Source: Candidatus Dormiibacterota bacterium
GTDB lineage: Bacteria; Chloroflexota; Dormibacteria; Aeolococcales; Bog-877
Reading direction: 5' to 3'
NCBI GenBank assembly: GCA_049591595.1
Contig: JBAWFE010000020.1
Coordinates: forward strand, 17,314-81,313
Length of the DNA stretch: 64,000 nt
The notes under the pieces are model-generated. The model worked only from the letters and a program-made list of their open reading frames with translations. It made no database searches and was not told where the DNA came from. Shown here in pieces: positions 19,486 through 28,348 of this stretch. A program made the position numbers and the translations under genes. Each line of letters begins with the position of its first letter. The stretch's first letter is position 1.

Positions 19486-20198
19486 GCGACGGGGAGCGGG
19501 TCCGACGCCAGTACGACGCGATGGCCCAGGCTTACGCGGCCGACGTCGAAAAAAACGCCTTCAACGCCCACTACGAACGGCCCGAGATGATCCGCCTGCT
19601 GGGCGACGTTGCCGGCAGCCGCGTGCTCGAAGTGGGCTGTGGTCCGGGGGCTCTCACCAGCTGGCTGGTCCAAGCGGGTGCCACCGTTGTCGCGATGGAC
19701 GTCAGCCCGGAGATGGTTCGCGCCACCCGCCAGCGCGTCGGTGACCAAGCCCAACTGCACGTCGCCGATCTTGAGCGACCACTGCGTTTTCTGGGGGAGA
19801 GTGCTGTGGATCTCGTCGTCGCGTCGTTGGTGCTCCATTATGTTCGGGACTGGTACCGGGTGTTCCGTGAGTTTCGACGGGTGTTAGCGGGTGACGGGTG
19901 GGTCGTCTTCTCCACTCACCATCCGGCCATGGACTGGCAGCTACACAGCCCCGACGACTATTTCGCCATCGACCAGATCACCGAGACCTGGAACAAAGGT
20001 GGCCGAGACTTTCCGGTCACCTTTTGGCGACGTCCACTGACTGCGATGACCAGCGCCATCACCGCTTCAGGTTTCGTCATAGAGACCCTTTCCGAGCCCC
20101 AGCCTGCGCCCGAGCTGGCTCGGCGCGACGCCCAAGCTTACCGGATACTTCTAACCAAGCCCGCCTTCCTCTTCTTCCGCTTGCGCGTCGCTGCCTGA
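19482..20198 (+). CDS. class I SAM-dependent methyltransferase
   Basis: VLEVGCGPGALTSWL motif I; GTG start overlapping helicase stop (GTGA); ORF track lists an upstream extension to 19236. Confidence 0.75.
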   Translation: MSDGERVRRQYDAMAQAYAADVEKNAFNAHYERPEMIRLLGDVAGSRVLEVGCGPGALTSWLVQAGATVVAMDVSPEMVRATRQRVGDQAQLHVADLERPLRFLGESAVDLVVASLVLHYVRDWYRVFREFRRVLAGDGWVVFSTHHPAMDWQLHSPDDYFAIDQITETWNKGGRDFPVTFWRRPLTAMTSAITASGFVIETLSEPQPAPELARRDAQAYRILLTKPAFLFFRLRVAA

Positions 20199-20267
20199 GA
20201 GGCTCTCGCCAAGGGAGCTGGACAGAGCGCGGAGCGCAAACTTCGCACGAGGAGGAAGCAGAAGCAG

Positions 20268-20672
20268 CTAGCGAGCACGCATCCGGTTGTTGCGCGGTTG
20301 GTGCTCCAACTCAGCCAGTCCTAGCTCTTCCATGAGCGGCGGGATGTACATGCCGAAGCGACCTCTTAGGCCCTTTTTCTGTCCATACCATCCGCCCACG
20401 GGGTTGTCAGACGCTCGAGCCCAGGCCTCCACTGTTCCCGGAGCAGCGTCATTCTGCTCGTCGGCGCTGCCGAGCGCGATCCAGTCACCGTTCGCCTTGA
20501 GCATTGCATGGAGATCGTCGAGGCAGCGCGCGAGATAGGTCAGTGTGGTCTGCCCGACGGTGCAGACCAGAACAGCGGGATCCTGGGACTGGTCGCGGTA
20601 AATCGAGTAGCTGGACGTTCCCGGAGGCGTCTGCAGCTGCCAGGGGTCGTCTCGCGTTCCCGCGCCATTCAC
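20268..20672 (-). CDS. hypothetical protein (conserved-looking, GWYGQKKGLRGRFGMYIPP motif)
   Basis: 134 aa ORF immediately downstream of and co-directional with the 20732..21292 gene. Confidence 0.5.
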   Translation of the reverse strand: MNGAGTRDDPWQLQTPPGTSSYSIYRDQSQDPAVLVCTVGQTTLTYLARCLDDLHAMLKANGDWIALGSADEQNDAAPGTVEAWARASDNPVGGWYGQKKGLRGRFGMYIPPLMEELGLAELEHQPRNNRMRAR

Positions 20673-20731
20673 ATCATCTGCTCCAGCTGCCTGACCGGGT
20701 GCACTCGCAAAGTTGAGTCAGCGCGTGACGT

Positions 20732-21292
20732 TCAACGCTCCTCGGGGACGATCGACTCAGGCACCCCAACCACGCGATAGGGAAGGTCGCTGATGTCGAA
20801 ATAGCGCACCGGCTTGCGCATCCGCTTGGCAATTCCCACCTGCACCTTCAGTCCCAGGGACAAGGACCCGAAGACCCACATCTCTTCGCAGCGCGCGATC
20901 AGGTTGTTCATCGCCTCGCGCACCAACTCCTTGGGGACTGTGTGCAGCAAGTAGTAGTCGAACATCATGAAAGGGGTGATCGGCACCCGACCCTCGTCGA
21001 GGACAAACTTGGTCAGCTGCTGACGCCAGAAGAAGGTGCGGTTGCTCATGGCCACGTAGACAAGTGCCTTCGGCCGGCGCAGCGTTCGCTCCGCCTGCTC
21101 GGCGGGACTGGCCCTGGGAGTCGGGGTGAAGATCAACTCCAGGATGTCGTCGGCGGAGCGTTCGGTGAGGGGCGCGGCCTCGGTTCGTGCCTCCCCTTCT
21201 GGGGTCACCCGGCCCCGCCCAGTTGGCGACTCCTCCCCGGGATTGGGCGCGCCCGGCGCACCGGCTACATCCAAGTCGTCAATCCCACCCAA
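20732..21292 (-). CDS. nucleoside 2-deoxyribosyltransferase-like (DUF4406-like Rossmann) domain protein with ~70-aa disordered N-terminus
   Basis: C-terminal domain KALVYVAMSN...WVFGSLSLGLKVQVGIAKRMRKPVRYF resembles NDT-like G..E.G.A.a.gKPV motif. Confidence 0.45.
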   Translation of the reverse strand: MGGIDDLDVAGAPGAPNPGEESPTGRGRVTPEGEARTEAAPLTERSADDILELIFTPTPRASPAEQAERTLRRPKALVYVAMSNRTFFWRQQLTKFVLDEGRVPITPFMMFDYYLLHTVPKELVREAMNNLIARCEEMWVFGSLSLGLKVQVGIAKRMRKPVRYFDISDLPYRVVGVPESIVPEER

Positions 21293-21331
21293 GATCTGCG
21301 CTCGAGTATACCCGCCATGTCCTCCCGGAAC

Positions 21332-22036
21332 TCACCGACGCGGCGGCAAGTCGGTTAGCTCCTTGAGGGCGGCGAGGGCCCCCGCCAGCAGCGTCCGGTG
21401 CTCTGGCTGGTTGAGCCAGCGACTGGCTCCGGAGGGATGCGGGAGCGGGAGTAGCAGGGGCCGCTGGGAGGACGAAAGACCTTCCTTTGGACTCAGATTC
21501 GATCCCCCTGGGCCGAAGACTCTGCCCACAGCGAGGTGCATCGGGAGCTGGCCCAGAAAGCGCTCCAGGGCCATCTGGCCCACTGCCAGGATCAGCCATG
21601 GTTGCTGGATTGAGAGCTGACTCTCAAGATGGCTGCGGCAAAGTTCCACTTCGGCCAGGCTGGGTCGTCGATCACCCGCCCCGGAGGCGGCGGGGCCGGG
21701 GAAGCACTTGGTGATTGAGGTCAGGTAAATGCGGCGGCGGGCATCCTCCTCGTCCCCGAATCCAGCCTCCGCTAGCCAGCGGAAGAGCTGTCGCCCTGCC
21801 CGACCGCTGAAGGGGCGTCCCACCCCCTCCTCCACCCGACCGGGGGCCTGCCCGACCAGGACGATGCCGCTGAGCACGGGAAAGGAAAGCACAGGTGCGG
21901 CATGAGCCAGCAGTCCCGCCGCCTCGCAGCGTCGACAGTCCAGGATTTGCCTGTGCAGCCGAGCGAGCCTCAGCTCCTCGCCAACCGCCCGTGGGATCGT
22001 TCGACGACCCTGTGTTCCACCGGAAGCTGCGGCCAC
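21332..22036 (-). CDS. uracil-DNA glycosylase family 4/5-type protein
   Basis: 234 aa; GQAPG...GRPFSGRAGRQL motif, 4Fe-4S Cys pattern CRRCEAAG, C..PGP. Confidence 0.75.
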   Translation of the reverse strand: MAAASGGTQGRRTIPRAVGEELRLARLHRQILDCRRCEAAGLLAHAAPVLSFPVLSGIVLVGQAPGRVEEGVGRPFSGRAGRQLFRWLAEAGFGDEEDARRRIYLTSITKCFPGPAASGAGDRRPSLAEVELCRSHLESQLSIQQPWLILAVGQMALERFLGQLPMHLAVGRVFGPGGSNLSPKEGLSSSQRPLLLPLPHPSGASRWLNQPEHRTLLAGALAALKELTDLPPRR

Positions 22037-22111
22037 CGGATGCTATCCTAGGTCCCTCACGGTCGCCATCTCGACGACCCAGAAAAGATACCTGGTCTCG
22101 AGGTCTCGTGT

Positions 22112-22459
22112 ATGCCTCACGGCTCAGACCCACGCCGTCGGCCTGATCAGCAGTCCCCGGACTCGGGGGCCTCGGTTCCGCCGCCCTGGTGGAGCGCCCT
22201 GTCGGAGCACCAGCTCCCCGCGGAGGGACCACGGGTTCGGCACCCACGGAGTTGGCGTGACCGGCTGGGTGCGATTGGCCCCCGGCTGGCCACCCCAGTG
22301 GCCATCCTGGCTGTCGTGGGTGCGGTGGTGGCGTTCGGTTTCGGCTACCAGCTCGTCGGCTACCTTGTCGGGGCAGCCGTTCTGACAGGACTGGTTTTGG
22401 TCAGCGTGGTCCACCACCGCCGGTCGACTGCGGTTGGGGACCCCGGCTGGTGGCGCTGA
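22112..22459 (+). CDS. possible small membrane protein (uncertain; may be frameshifted with 22450..22776)
   Basis: One clear TM helix LATPVAILAVVGAVVAFGFGYQLVGYLVGAAVLTGLVLV; no recognisable homology. Confidence 0.25.
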   Translation: MPHGSDPRRRPDQQSPDSGASVPPPWWSALSEHQLPAEGPRVRHPRSWRDRLGAIGPRLATPVAILAVVGAVVAFGFGYQLVGYLVGAAVLTGLVLVSVVHHRRSTAVGDPGWWR

Positions 22460-22780
22460 GGGAGCGGGCGTCCCATCGGGGAAGAGGGATGCCGGGCAGT
22501 TCTCTGATCGCCGCCTGGCCCCTGGCGGTCTCCGTTATGGGCGGGTGGCTCCGGCAGCAGTCTCGACGCCCGGGCCCGGTCGGTGACGCCGCGGGCTTGG
22601 CAGTGGTCGTGGTGAACCGTTCCGCCAGGCTCCTCGGCGAGGTCAGCGCCGAGGTGGTTCGAGCGACCGGACGCGCCGACGAGGGGACCAGGGGAGCCGC
22701 CCCCAAGCGCCGCGCTCAGAACCGTAAGGCGGGGTCCAAGTCCGCCGCTTCCAAGAGGGAGAAGTCGGCCGGCTGAGGCG

Positions 22781-23656
22781 TCAGCCCCAGTCGGTGGCAG
22801 GCTCGGGGGGCTCGGGCAACACCTCGGACTGACGGACTGCGGCTTCTTCTTGGAGCTCTCTCCGGTACGAGCGCTGAGACGGGTTTGGCACAAGGTCGAA
22901 GAACCTGTAGCTCTCCGCCAGTTCAACCCCACACCTGCGACCCACCTCGCGGGCGCCCCGCTCCATCCCCTCCCGCATGTCGCTGGCATCGAATTGGCTG
23001 TGGTGCTCCCCGAGAGCGGCCATCTTGTTCTCCAGATCGATGGGCAGCAGCGGGATGGCGATGTCAGAGTCGGAGGAGGCACCGACGAAGACGAACCGAA
23101 CCTTGTGCGGCTGCAGCCCCTCATCGCGGAGGAGCTCGGGAAAGGCCCTGGCGTCCCGAGCGCTGGGGAAGATCGCGTCCAGGGCGGCGTCGCCGGCGGC
23201 CCGGTGGTCGGGGTGGTTGAGGTAGCCACGACCGAACCAGCGGTTGGTGGGATCCATGGTGATCACCGCCTCCGGGCGCAGCTCGCGAATCACCCGGACC
23301 AGGTCTCGCCGCACCGCCAGGGTGTTCTGCAGGACGCCATCGGGATAGCCGAGGCAGCGCACCTCGGAGACGCCGATATGCTGTGAAGCCAGCCGCTGCT
23401 CCGTGAGGCGGACCAGGCTCAGCTCCCCGGCGGGGATGGTGGGGTCGTCGCTCCCGGCGTCGCCGTCCGTGACCAGGCATACCGCTCCTTGGCAGCCCTG
23501 GCGCGACCAGGCTGAGAGCACCGAGGCGGCCAGGAAGTCACAGTCGTCAGGGTGGGCCACCACGACCAAAGCCCGCTCGGGGACGTGCTCGAAGAGCTCC
23601 AGCGGCGGGAGCGCCGGAGTAGGCGGGCCTGCCTCAGCCGGCTCGTTGGATGCCAT
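22781..23656 (-). CDS. PIG-L (LmbE-like) family deacetylase
   Basis: VVVAHPDDCDFLAA...HPDHRAAGDAALDA zinc-binding motifs. Confidence 0.8.
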   Translation of the reverse strand: MASNEPAEAGPPTPALPPLELFEHVPERALVVVAHPDDCDFLAASVLSAWSRQGCQGAVCLVTDGDAGSDDPTIPAGELSLVRLTEQRLASQHIGVSEVRCLGYPDGVLQNTLAVRRDLVRVIRELRPEAVITMDPTNRWFGRGYLNHPDHRAAGDAALDAIFPSARDARAFPELLRDEGLQPHKVRFVFVGASSDSDIAIPLLPIDLENKMAALGEHHSQFDASDMREGMERGAREVGRRCGVELAESYRFFDLVPNPSQRSYRRELQEEAAVRQSEVLPEPPEPATDWG

Positions 23657-24558
23657 CTCAACCAGTTATCCTGGCAGCCGTGAGCCTCCCTCTGCAGCGC
23701 ACCCCTCGGATCGCGACTTTCTCGATCGTCGCCACCGACGGCCTGGACTGGGGAGTGGCCGTCGCGTCTAAGTTCCTGGCGGTGGGCAGCGCCGTCCCAG
23801 CGGCCCGGGCGGAGGTCGGTGCCATCGCCACCCAGGCCATGGCCAACACCGGCTACAAGCAGTTGGGATTGGACTTGCTGGAGGCGGGTAGACCGGCCAG
23901 TGAGGTGGTCGAGGTGCTCACCGGCGACGACGAGGGCCGGGAGCACCGCCAGCTAGGGGTGGTGGACCGCCACGGAGGCGCCGCGACCTACACCGGATCG
24001 AAGTGCTTCGAATGGGCCGGAGGGCGGACCGGTAAGGGTTGCGCCTGTCAGGGCAACATCCTCGCCGGCCCGGCGGTGGTCGATTCCCTGCTCTCCGTGT
24101 TCGAAGACTCGACCGGAGACCTGGTCGACCGGCTGATGGCCTCCCTGGCCGCGGGTGACCTGGCCGGCGGAGACCGACGCGGTCGGCAGTCCGCCGCGAT
24201 CTTGGTTGTCCGCCGCCACGCCGGCTACGGGGGGTTTGACGACCGGATGGTGGACCTGCGGGTCGAGGACCACCCTCAGCCTATCCCCGAACTATCTCGG
24301 CTCCTGGAGCTGTGGAGGCTCTACTTCCAGAAGGCGTCGCCAGAGTCAATGCTGCCCTTGAACGATGCCCTCTACACCCGGTTGCGAACTGCCCTGGAGC
24401 GAGCGGGGCGGCTCCCCGAGGGGGGCAGCACCGACCAGCTCTGGTCGGCCTTCGAGGCCTGGGTGTCGGAGGAGAACCTGGAGGAGCGGGTCTCCAGCCG
24501 GGAGGAGATAGATCCTTTGGTGCTGAACAAGCTGGAGGCGCTCCCCTCAGCTGGGTAA
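23650..24558 (+). CDS. DUF1028 family (Ntn-hydrolase-like) protein
   Basis: ATFSIVATDGLDWGVAVASKFLAVG matches DUF1028 N-terminus. Confidence 0.7.
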   Translation: MPSQPVILAAVSLPLQRTPRIATFSIVATDGLDWGVAVASKFLAVGSAVPAARAEVGAIATQAMANTGYKQLGLDLLEAGRPASEVVEVLTGDDEGREHRQLGVVDRHGGAATYTGSKCFEWAGGRTGKGCACQGNILAGPAVVDSLLSVFEDSTGDLVDRLMASLAAGDLAGGDRRGRQSAAILVVRRHAGYGGFDDRMVDLRVEDHPQPIPELSRLLELWRLYFQKASPESMLPLNDALYTRLRTALERAGRLPEGGSTDQLWSAFEAWVSEENLEERVSSREEIDPLVLNKLEALPSAG

Positions 24559-24668
24559 CGGGCGACGTTTACTGGCCACCTTCTGCCAGCGAGTGCTGAG
24601 CTCGCGGCACCGAAGTTTCTGCCGTCGGAGATCGAACAGCACTGGTCCAGAGAACGGCCTGATCAGAG

Positions 24669-24693
24669 GCTGCCAGATCTCCCTTCTGGCAGC
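24669..24693 (+). terminator. weak hairpin (GCTGCCAGA-n7-TCTGGCAGC) followed by T-poor tail, ~110 nt after DUF1028 gene
   Basis: 9-bp stem seen in sequence; poor U-tract so low confidence. Confidence 0.25.
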
Positions 24694-24754
24694 TGATTCT
24701 TGCTAACCTCGGCTGCGCGGGCCGGGACCCGCAAAAGCTAAGCCGCCTTGAGGA

Positions 24755-25297
24755 GTGCCCAGGGGAGTAATCCCTCTGGCCGAGCGACCTGACACCAGCG
24801 ACATGCTCATGATTCATGGCGTTTTTCGGGGAGAGCTCCGAGCTGCACCGGTTCGCATCGAAGGAGTCGTACCGGGGGCCCAGGTCCGTGCGCAACTCAT
24901 CGGCGAACACTACGCATTCGTCCTCGCGGCGCTGCACATCCACCACGAGACCGAAGACGAACTGCTGTGGCCCAAGCTCAATGAGCGAGTCGTGTTCAAG
25001 CGTGACCTGGTGGCCCGAATGGGGGCCCAACACCTGGAGATCGCGCGCGAACTTAAGCTTTCGAACGAGGCCTTGGAGCGCTGGTCCAAGACGGGCACGG
25101 CTCAGGACGCCACTCCGCTGCTGGAGAGCCTGCGCCGCCTGACCGAACTATTGGAGCAGCACCCGGGTGAGGAGGAACAGCAGATCCTCCCCATCGCGGC
25201 GGAGAATCTAACCGTCGCGGAGGGGGCGAACTGGGAGAGCACGGCATGGCGGCGGTGCCGCCCGAATGGCTGCCGGTCACCCTGGGGCTCTGCCTGA
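24755..25297 (+). CDS. hemerythrin-like (HHE cation-binding) domain protein
   Basis: LHIHHETEDELLWPKL motif; 3' end overlaps a second in-phase-shifted ORF (25246..25428). Confidence 0.6.
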   Translation: MPRGVIPLAERPDTSDMLMIHGVFRGELRAAPVRIEGVVPGAQVRAQLIGEHYAFVLAALHIHHETEDELLWPKLNERVVFKRDLVARMGAQHLEIARELKLSNEALERWSKTGTAQDATPLLESLRRLTELLEQHPGEEEQQILPIAAENLTVAEGANWESTAWRRCRPNGCRSPWGSA

Positions 25298-25538
25298 AAA
25301 ACCTACCCCCGGATGCCCGCCCGATATTCCTCTCGCATCTACCTGAGGGCGTCGCCGCCCTGTGGTCGAGTCAGTGGCAGAGCCAGTTCGAAGATCACAT
25401 GGATTCGCTGGCTCCGACAGGGTATTGATGGGAGCGGTGTCTTCCGTACCTGACTTATACCTGGCCAAGCTGAAGCCCTCTCGACAAACCTTCCAATCTC
25501 GGCTGGGCTGACGCGGACCGGATGGGAGAATTTCTGCC

Positions 25539-26126
25539 ATGACCGATGTGAATCCGAAGAGTGAGCTTCACCGCGATCTCCAAGATGCCCGTGAGTCCTT
25601 GATCTGGAAGTTGGAAGGACTATCGGAGTACGACAGGCGCCGACCCATGGTGCCGACCGGTACAAATCTGCTGGGCCTGGTAAAGCACGTCGCCATCATC
25701 GAGTCGGGGTACTTGGGTAACACCTTCGGCCGCCCATTCGATGAGTCTCTGCCCTGGTTCGCGGACGACGCCGAGGTGAATGGGGACATGTGGGCAACCG
25801 CGGATGAGACGAGTGAGCAAATCACGGGTCTATACCGCCGGGTATGGGCCCATTCGGATGCCACGGTTGAGCAACTCGGGCTCGATGCTGTAGGACACGT
25901 GCCCTGGTGGGGCGACGGGAATGACGTGACCTTGCTGCGGATCCTGGTGTACGTGATCGCCGAGACCAACCGACACGCCGGGCACGCCGATATCGTCCGC
26001 GAGCTCCTCGACGGATCAGTCGGCTTGCGCAAGGGCGACGACAACATGCCGCCCGGCGACAAGGCATGGTGGGAGAGCAACCGCCGCCGGGTGGAGCGCG
26101 CCGCCAAGGATGCTGGGCTCAGTTAA
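25539..26126 (+). CDS. DinB/DUF664 (mycothiol-dependent-enzyme-like) family protein
   Basis: 195 aa; LVKHVAIIESGYL...LLRILVYVIAETNRHAGHADIVRELLDG. Confidence 0.75.
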   Translation: MTDVNPKSELHRDLQDARESLIWKLEGLSEYDRRRPMVPTGTNLLGLVKHVAIIESGYLGNTFGRPFDESLPWFADDAEVNGDMWATADETSEQITGLYRRVWAHSDATVEQLGLDAVGHVPWWGDGNDVTLLRILVYVIAETNRHAGHADIVRELLDGSVGLRKGDDNMPPGDKAWWESNRRRVERAAKDAGLS

Positions 26127-26220
26127 TTCACTGTGGACCCCGGTGGACGGCAGCGGGTGACCGGTCTCGATCACTCACCATGCGCCGGGGCGAGCCACTC
26201 TTTGTCCGCTCTACCCGTCT

Positions 26221-27135
26221 TCAGGCGGGGGTCACGATCGTCGGGGTTCGGCCCATTCGACTGAGGTGGTAGAGCAGTAGCTGCTGTGCACTGAACGCGG
26301 CCCTGCCGTAGTCGGAGGTGAGCTCTAACACTTCACTGGACAGGGGCATCTGCGTGAGCCCGTAGGCGAGCTGAACTGCCTTGCGCACTCCCAGATCATC
26401 GGCCACCACCACGGGCCGGCCCTGCACCCGGGTCAGGTACTGGGTAGCCGTCCAGGGGCCAAGTCCGGGCAGTTCAGTGAGCCTGGCTCTCACCTCGTCG
26501 TCGGATGCTAACTCCAGCTCTTCGAAATCGAGTTCGCCTCGGCAAACGGCCATCCCCAGCGCCACCAGACAGCGGGCCTTGGCTCTGGTGAAATGAACCT
26601 CGGCCCAAACGTCCGGCGGGGCCGCTGCCATCCGCGCCGGATCTGGGCAAATCACGAAGTCATCCCCCAGCGCGATGCGCTGGCCCAGCCGTTGCAGGAT
26701 TTCCCGGCGCACGCTGAGCGCCAGCGTCAGGTTCACCTGCTGCGCGGTGACCATGGCCAGCAGTGCTCCCAAGGGATCGAGAGCCCGGACCGGAAAGACC
26801 CCCGGATGGAGCTCCAGGAGGCGGGCGATGACCGGGTCGCGTCTGGCCAGCGCGAGGAGCGGTGCTTGCTCGTCGACAAACATTGACTGCAGCCGAGCTG
26901 GAAGGGCGGGTTGCGATGGTTCGGGGGTCGACTCCACTTCGAGAGATGTGCCAGTGGCCGTGCGCCGCAGCCGGACGGCTCCCACCTCCCCCTCGATCCG
27001 GTAGGGCCGCAGGAAGCTCTGACCATCCCAGCGGTCCATCAGGTCGTCTCCGTAGCGACTGAAACGCGCCAACGAGGCGTCGAGATCAAGGCCCGCGGGC
27101 AATCGCAACTGACCGATAGGGATGCCGCGGATCAC
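26221..27135 (-). CDS. alkA: DNA-3-methyladenine glycosylase II (AlkA-like; AlkA_N + HhH-GPD)
   Basis: ELPGLGPWTATQYLTRVQGRPVVVADDLGVRKAV HhH-GPD motif with catalytic Asp. Confidence 0.8.
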   Translation of the reverse strand: MIRGIPIGQLRLPAGLDLDASLARFSRYGDDLMDRWDGQSFLRPYRIEGEVGAVRLRRTATGTSLEVESTPEPSQPALPARLQSMFVDEQAPLLALARRDPVIARLLELHPGVFPVRALDPLGALLAMVTAQQVNLTLALSVRREILQRLGQRIALGDDFVICPDPARMAAAPPDVWAEVHFTRAKARCLVALGMAVCRGELDFEELELASDDEVRARLTELPGLGPWTATQYLTRVQGRPVVVADDLGVRKAVQLAYGLTQMPLSSEVLELTSDYGRAAFSAQQLLLYHLSRMGRTPTIVTPA

Positions 27136-27151
27136 TGAGCGAGTAAGTCGA

Positions 27152-28246
27152 TCAGGCGCGCGAGCCGGACCGCGTCAACTCGCCCTCGGAGTACCCCCAA
27201 CCGCGCTCGGCGGTCGCCGGTCCGGTCGGCCCAAGCGAGGTGCCTGCCCCCTCGCTGAAGTGAGCTGGGTCTCTCCGGGCCAGCAGGGCAGGGACGGCCC
27301 GGCTGGCGGTGAAGACGAGAAACCAGCCCAGGAACAGGGGTACCCCGATGCTCCAAATGTCGAGAGCCAGGTAGAAGTGGAAGTCATACGGGTCCATGGC
27401 TTGAAAGGCGGCCATCAAGACTCCCGCCACCCCGAAGGCAAGAGATGTAAGCACGAAGGCATGGGCAAGAATGCGTCCTCGGGCCGCCCGAAAGCGATCC
27501 AGCGCGTTGCTGCGGGCGGGAAGCTCCTCGACTCGATGCCACCCTCGCCACAGGAAGAGCAGCAAGGCCCCGCCGGCCAGCCCCCCGCCCGTGAGGACGA
27601 TCACCCCGAGAGCGATCATGTTCTGCGCCACGGTCAGCGAAAGTTGCTGGGTCACGCCGTAGACCCCCTCGTTCAGCAGCAACCCTCCGCCGGTGAGCAG
27701 CGCCCCCGTGAATATCGCGGCCACCGCGACCGCCGAGCGGTCGGGACTCCGCCACCGATGGCTCGGTGTGCTCGCGTCGATGGCGCTGAGCGCCTGCCAG
27801 ATCAGCGGGGCGCCGATGGCCCAGCCCAACCAGGGGGGTACGATCGCCGGCAGCCAGTCGACCAGCGCGTTGAAGTGGAAATCGTAGACATCCCAGATCC
27901 TCAGGACGTTCATGCTCAGCCAGATCGCCAGGCTGTACGCCAGCAGGTAGAAGAACGCGGCGACGACCAGCTGGTACCGGGCTTCGGCCAGCCGCTGCAG
28001 CCCGCCGTGGGGACCACCTAGCAGCCCTGCGACCTTCCAGTAGAGAGGTCCGAAGAGCACCAGCAACAGCACCACCGGGGTGAACCAGGGGAGGATGTCC
28101 AGCAGCAGGTTGAAGTGGAATTCGACTGGGTCGATGGCCTTCAGCAGGACCATCAGGATCCACACCACACCCACGAAGGCGAGGCCCAGGAAACAGGCGC
28201 CAACCAGCACCTCGAACCGGCGTTGGACCAAGATCGCCAGCTTCAC
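27152..28246 (-). CDS. integral membrane protein with three internal repeats D-x-x-[DE]-F-H-F-x-L-x-D, unknown family
   Basis: 364 aa; repeats AIDPVEFHFNLLLDILP, IWDVYDFHFNALVDWLP, AMDPYDFHFYLALDIWS each followed by TM helices. Confidence 0.6.
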   Translation of the reverse strand: MKLAILVQRRFEVLVGACFLGLAFVGVVWILMVLLKAIDPVEFHFNLLLDILPWFTPVVLLLVLFGPLYWKVAGLLGGPHGGLQRLAEARYQLVVAAFFYLLAYSLAIWLSMNVLRIWDVYDFHFNALVDWLPAIVPPWLGWAIGAPLIWQALSAIDASTPSHRWRSPDRSAVAVAAIFTGALLTGGGLLLNEGVYGVTQQLSLTVAQNMIALGVIVLTGGGLAGGALLLFLWRGWHRVEELPARSNALDRFRAARGRILAHAFVLTSLAFGVAGVLMAAFQAMDPYDFHFYLALDIWSIGVPLFLGWFLVFTASRAVPALLARRDPAHFSEGAGTSLGPTGPATAERGWGYSEGELTRSGSRA

Positions 28247-28348
28247 CGGTAACCATGGTAACGGCGGATACCTGGCTTTACCTGCGGGTAAGTGGGGACG
28301 ATCTCCGGGCCGAGTTGAGCGCCATCCGAGTGAGACGCGGGACCCCTA

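Noticed and set aside
22360-23229. 289-aa minus ORF overlapping PIG-L deacetylase
   Set aside because: Alternative frame of a confidently identified gene. Pro/Ser/Arg-rich.
27384-28256. 290-aa ORF overlapping the repeat membrane protein in another frame
   Set aside because: Arg/Ala/Gly/Pro-rich with no features. The 27152..28246 frame encodes clear TM repeats.
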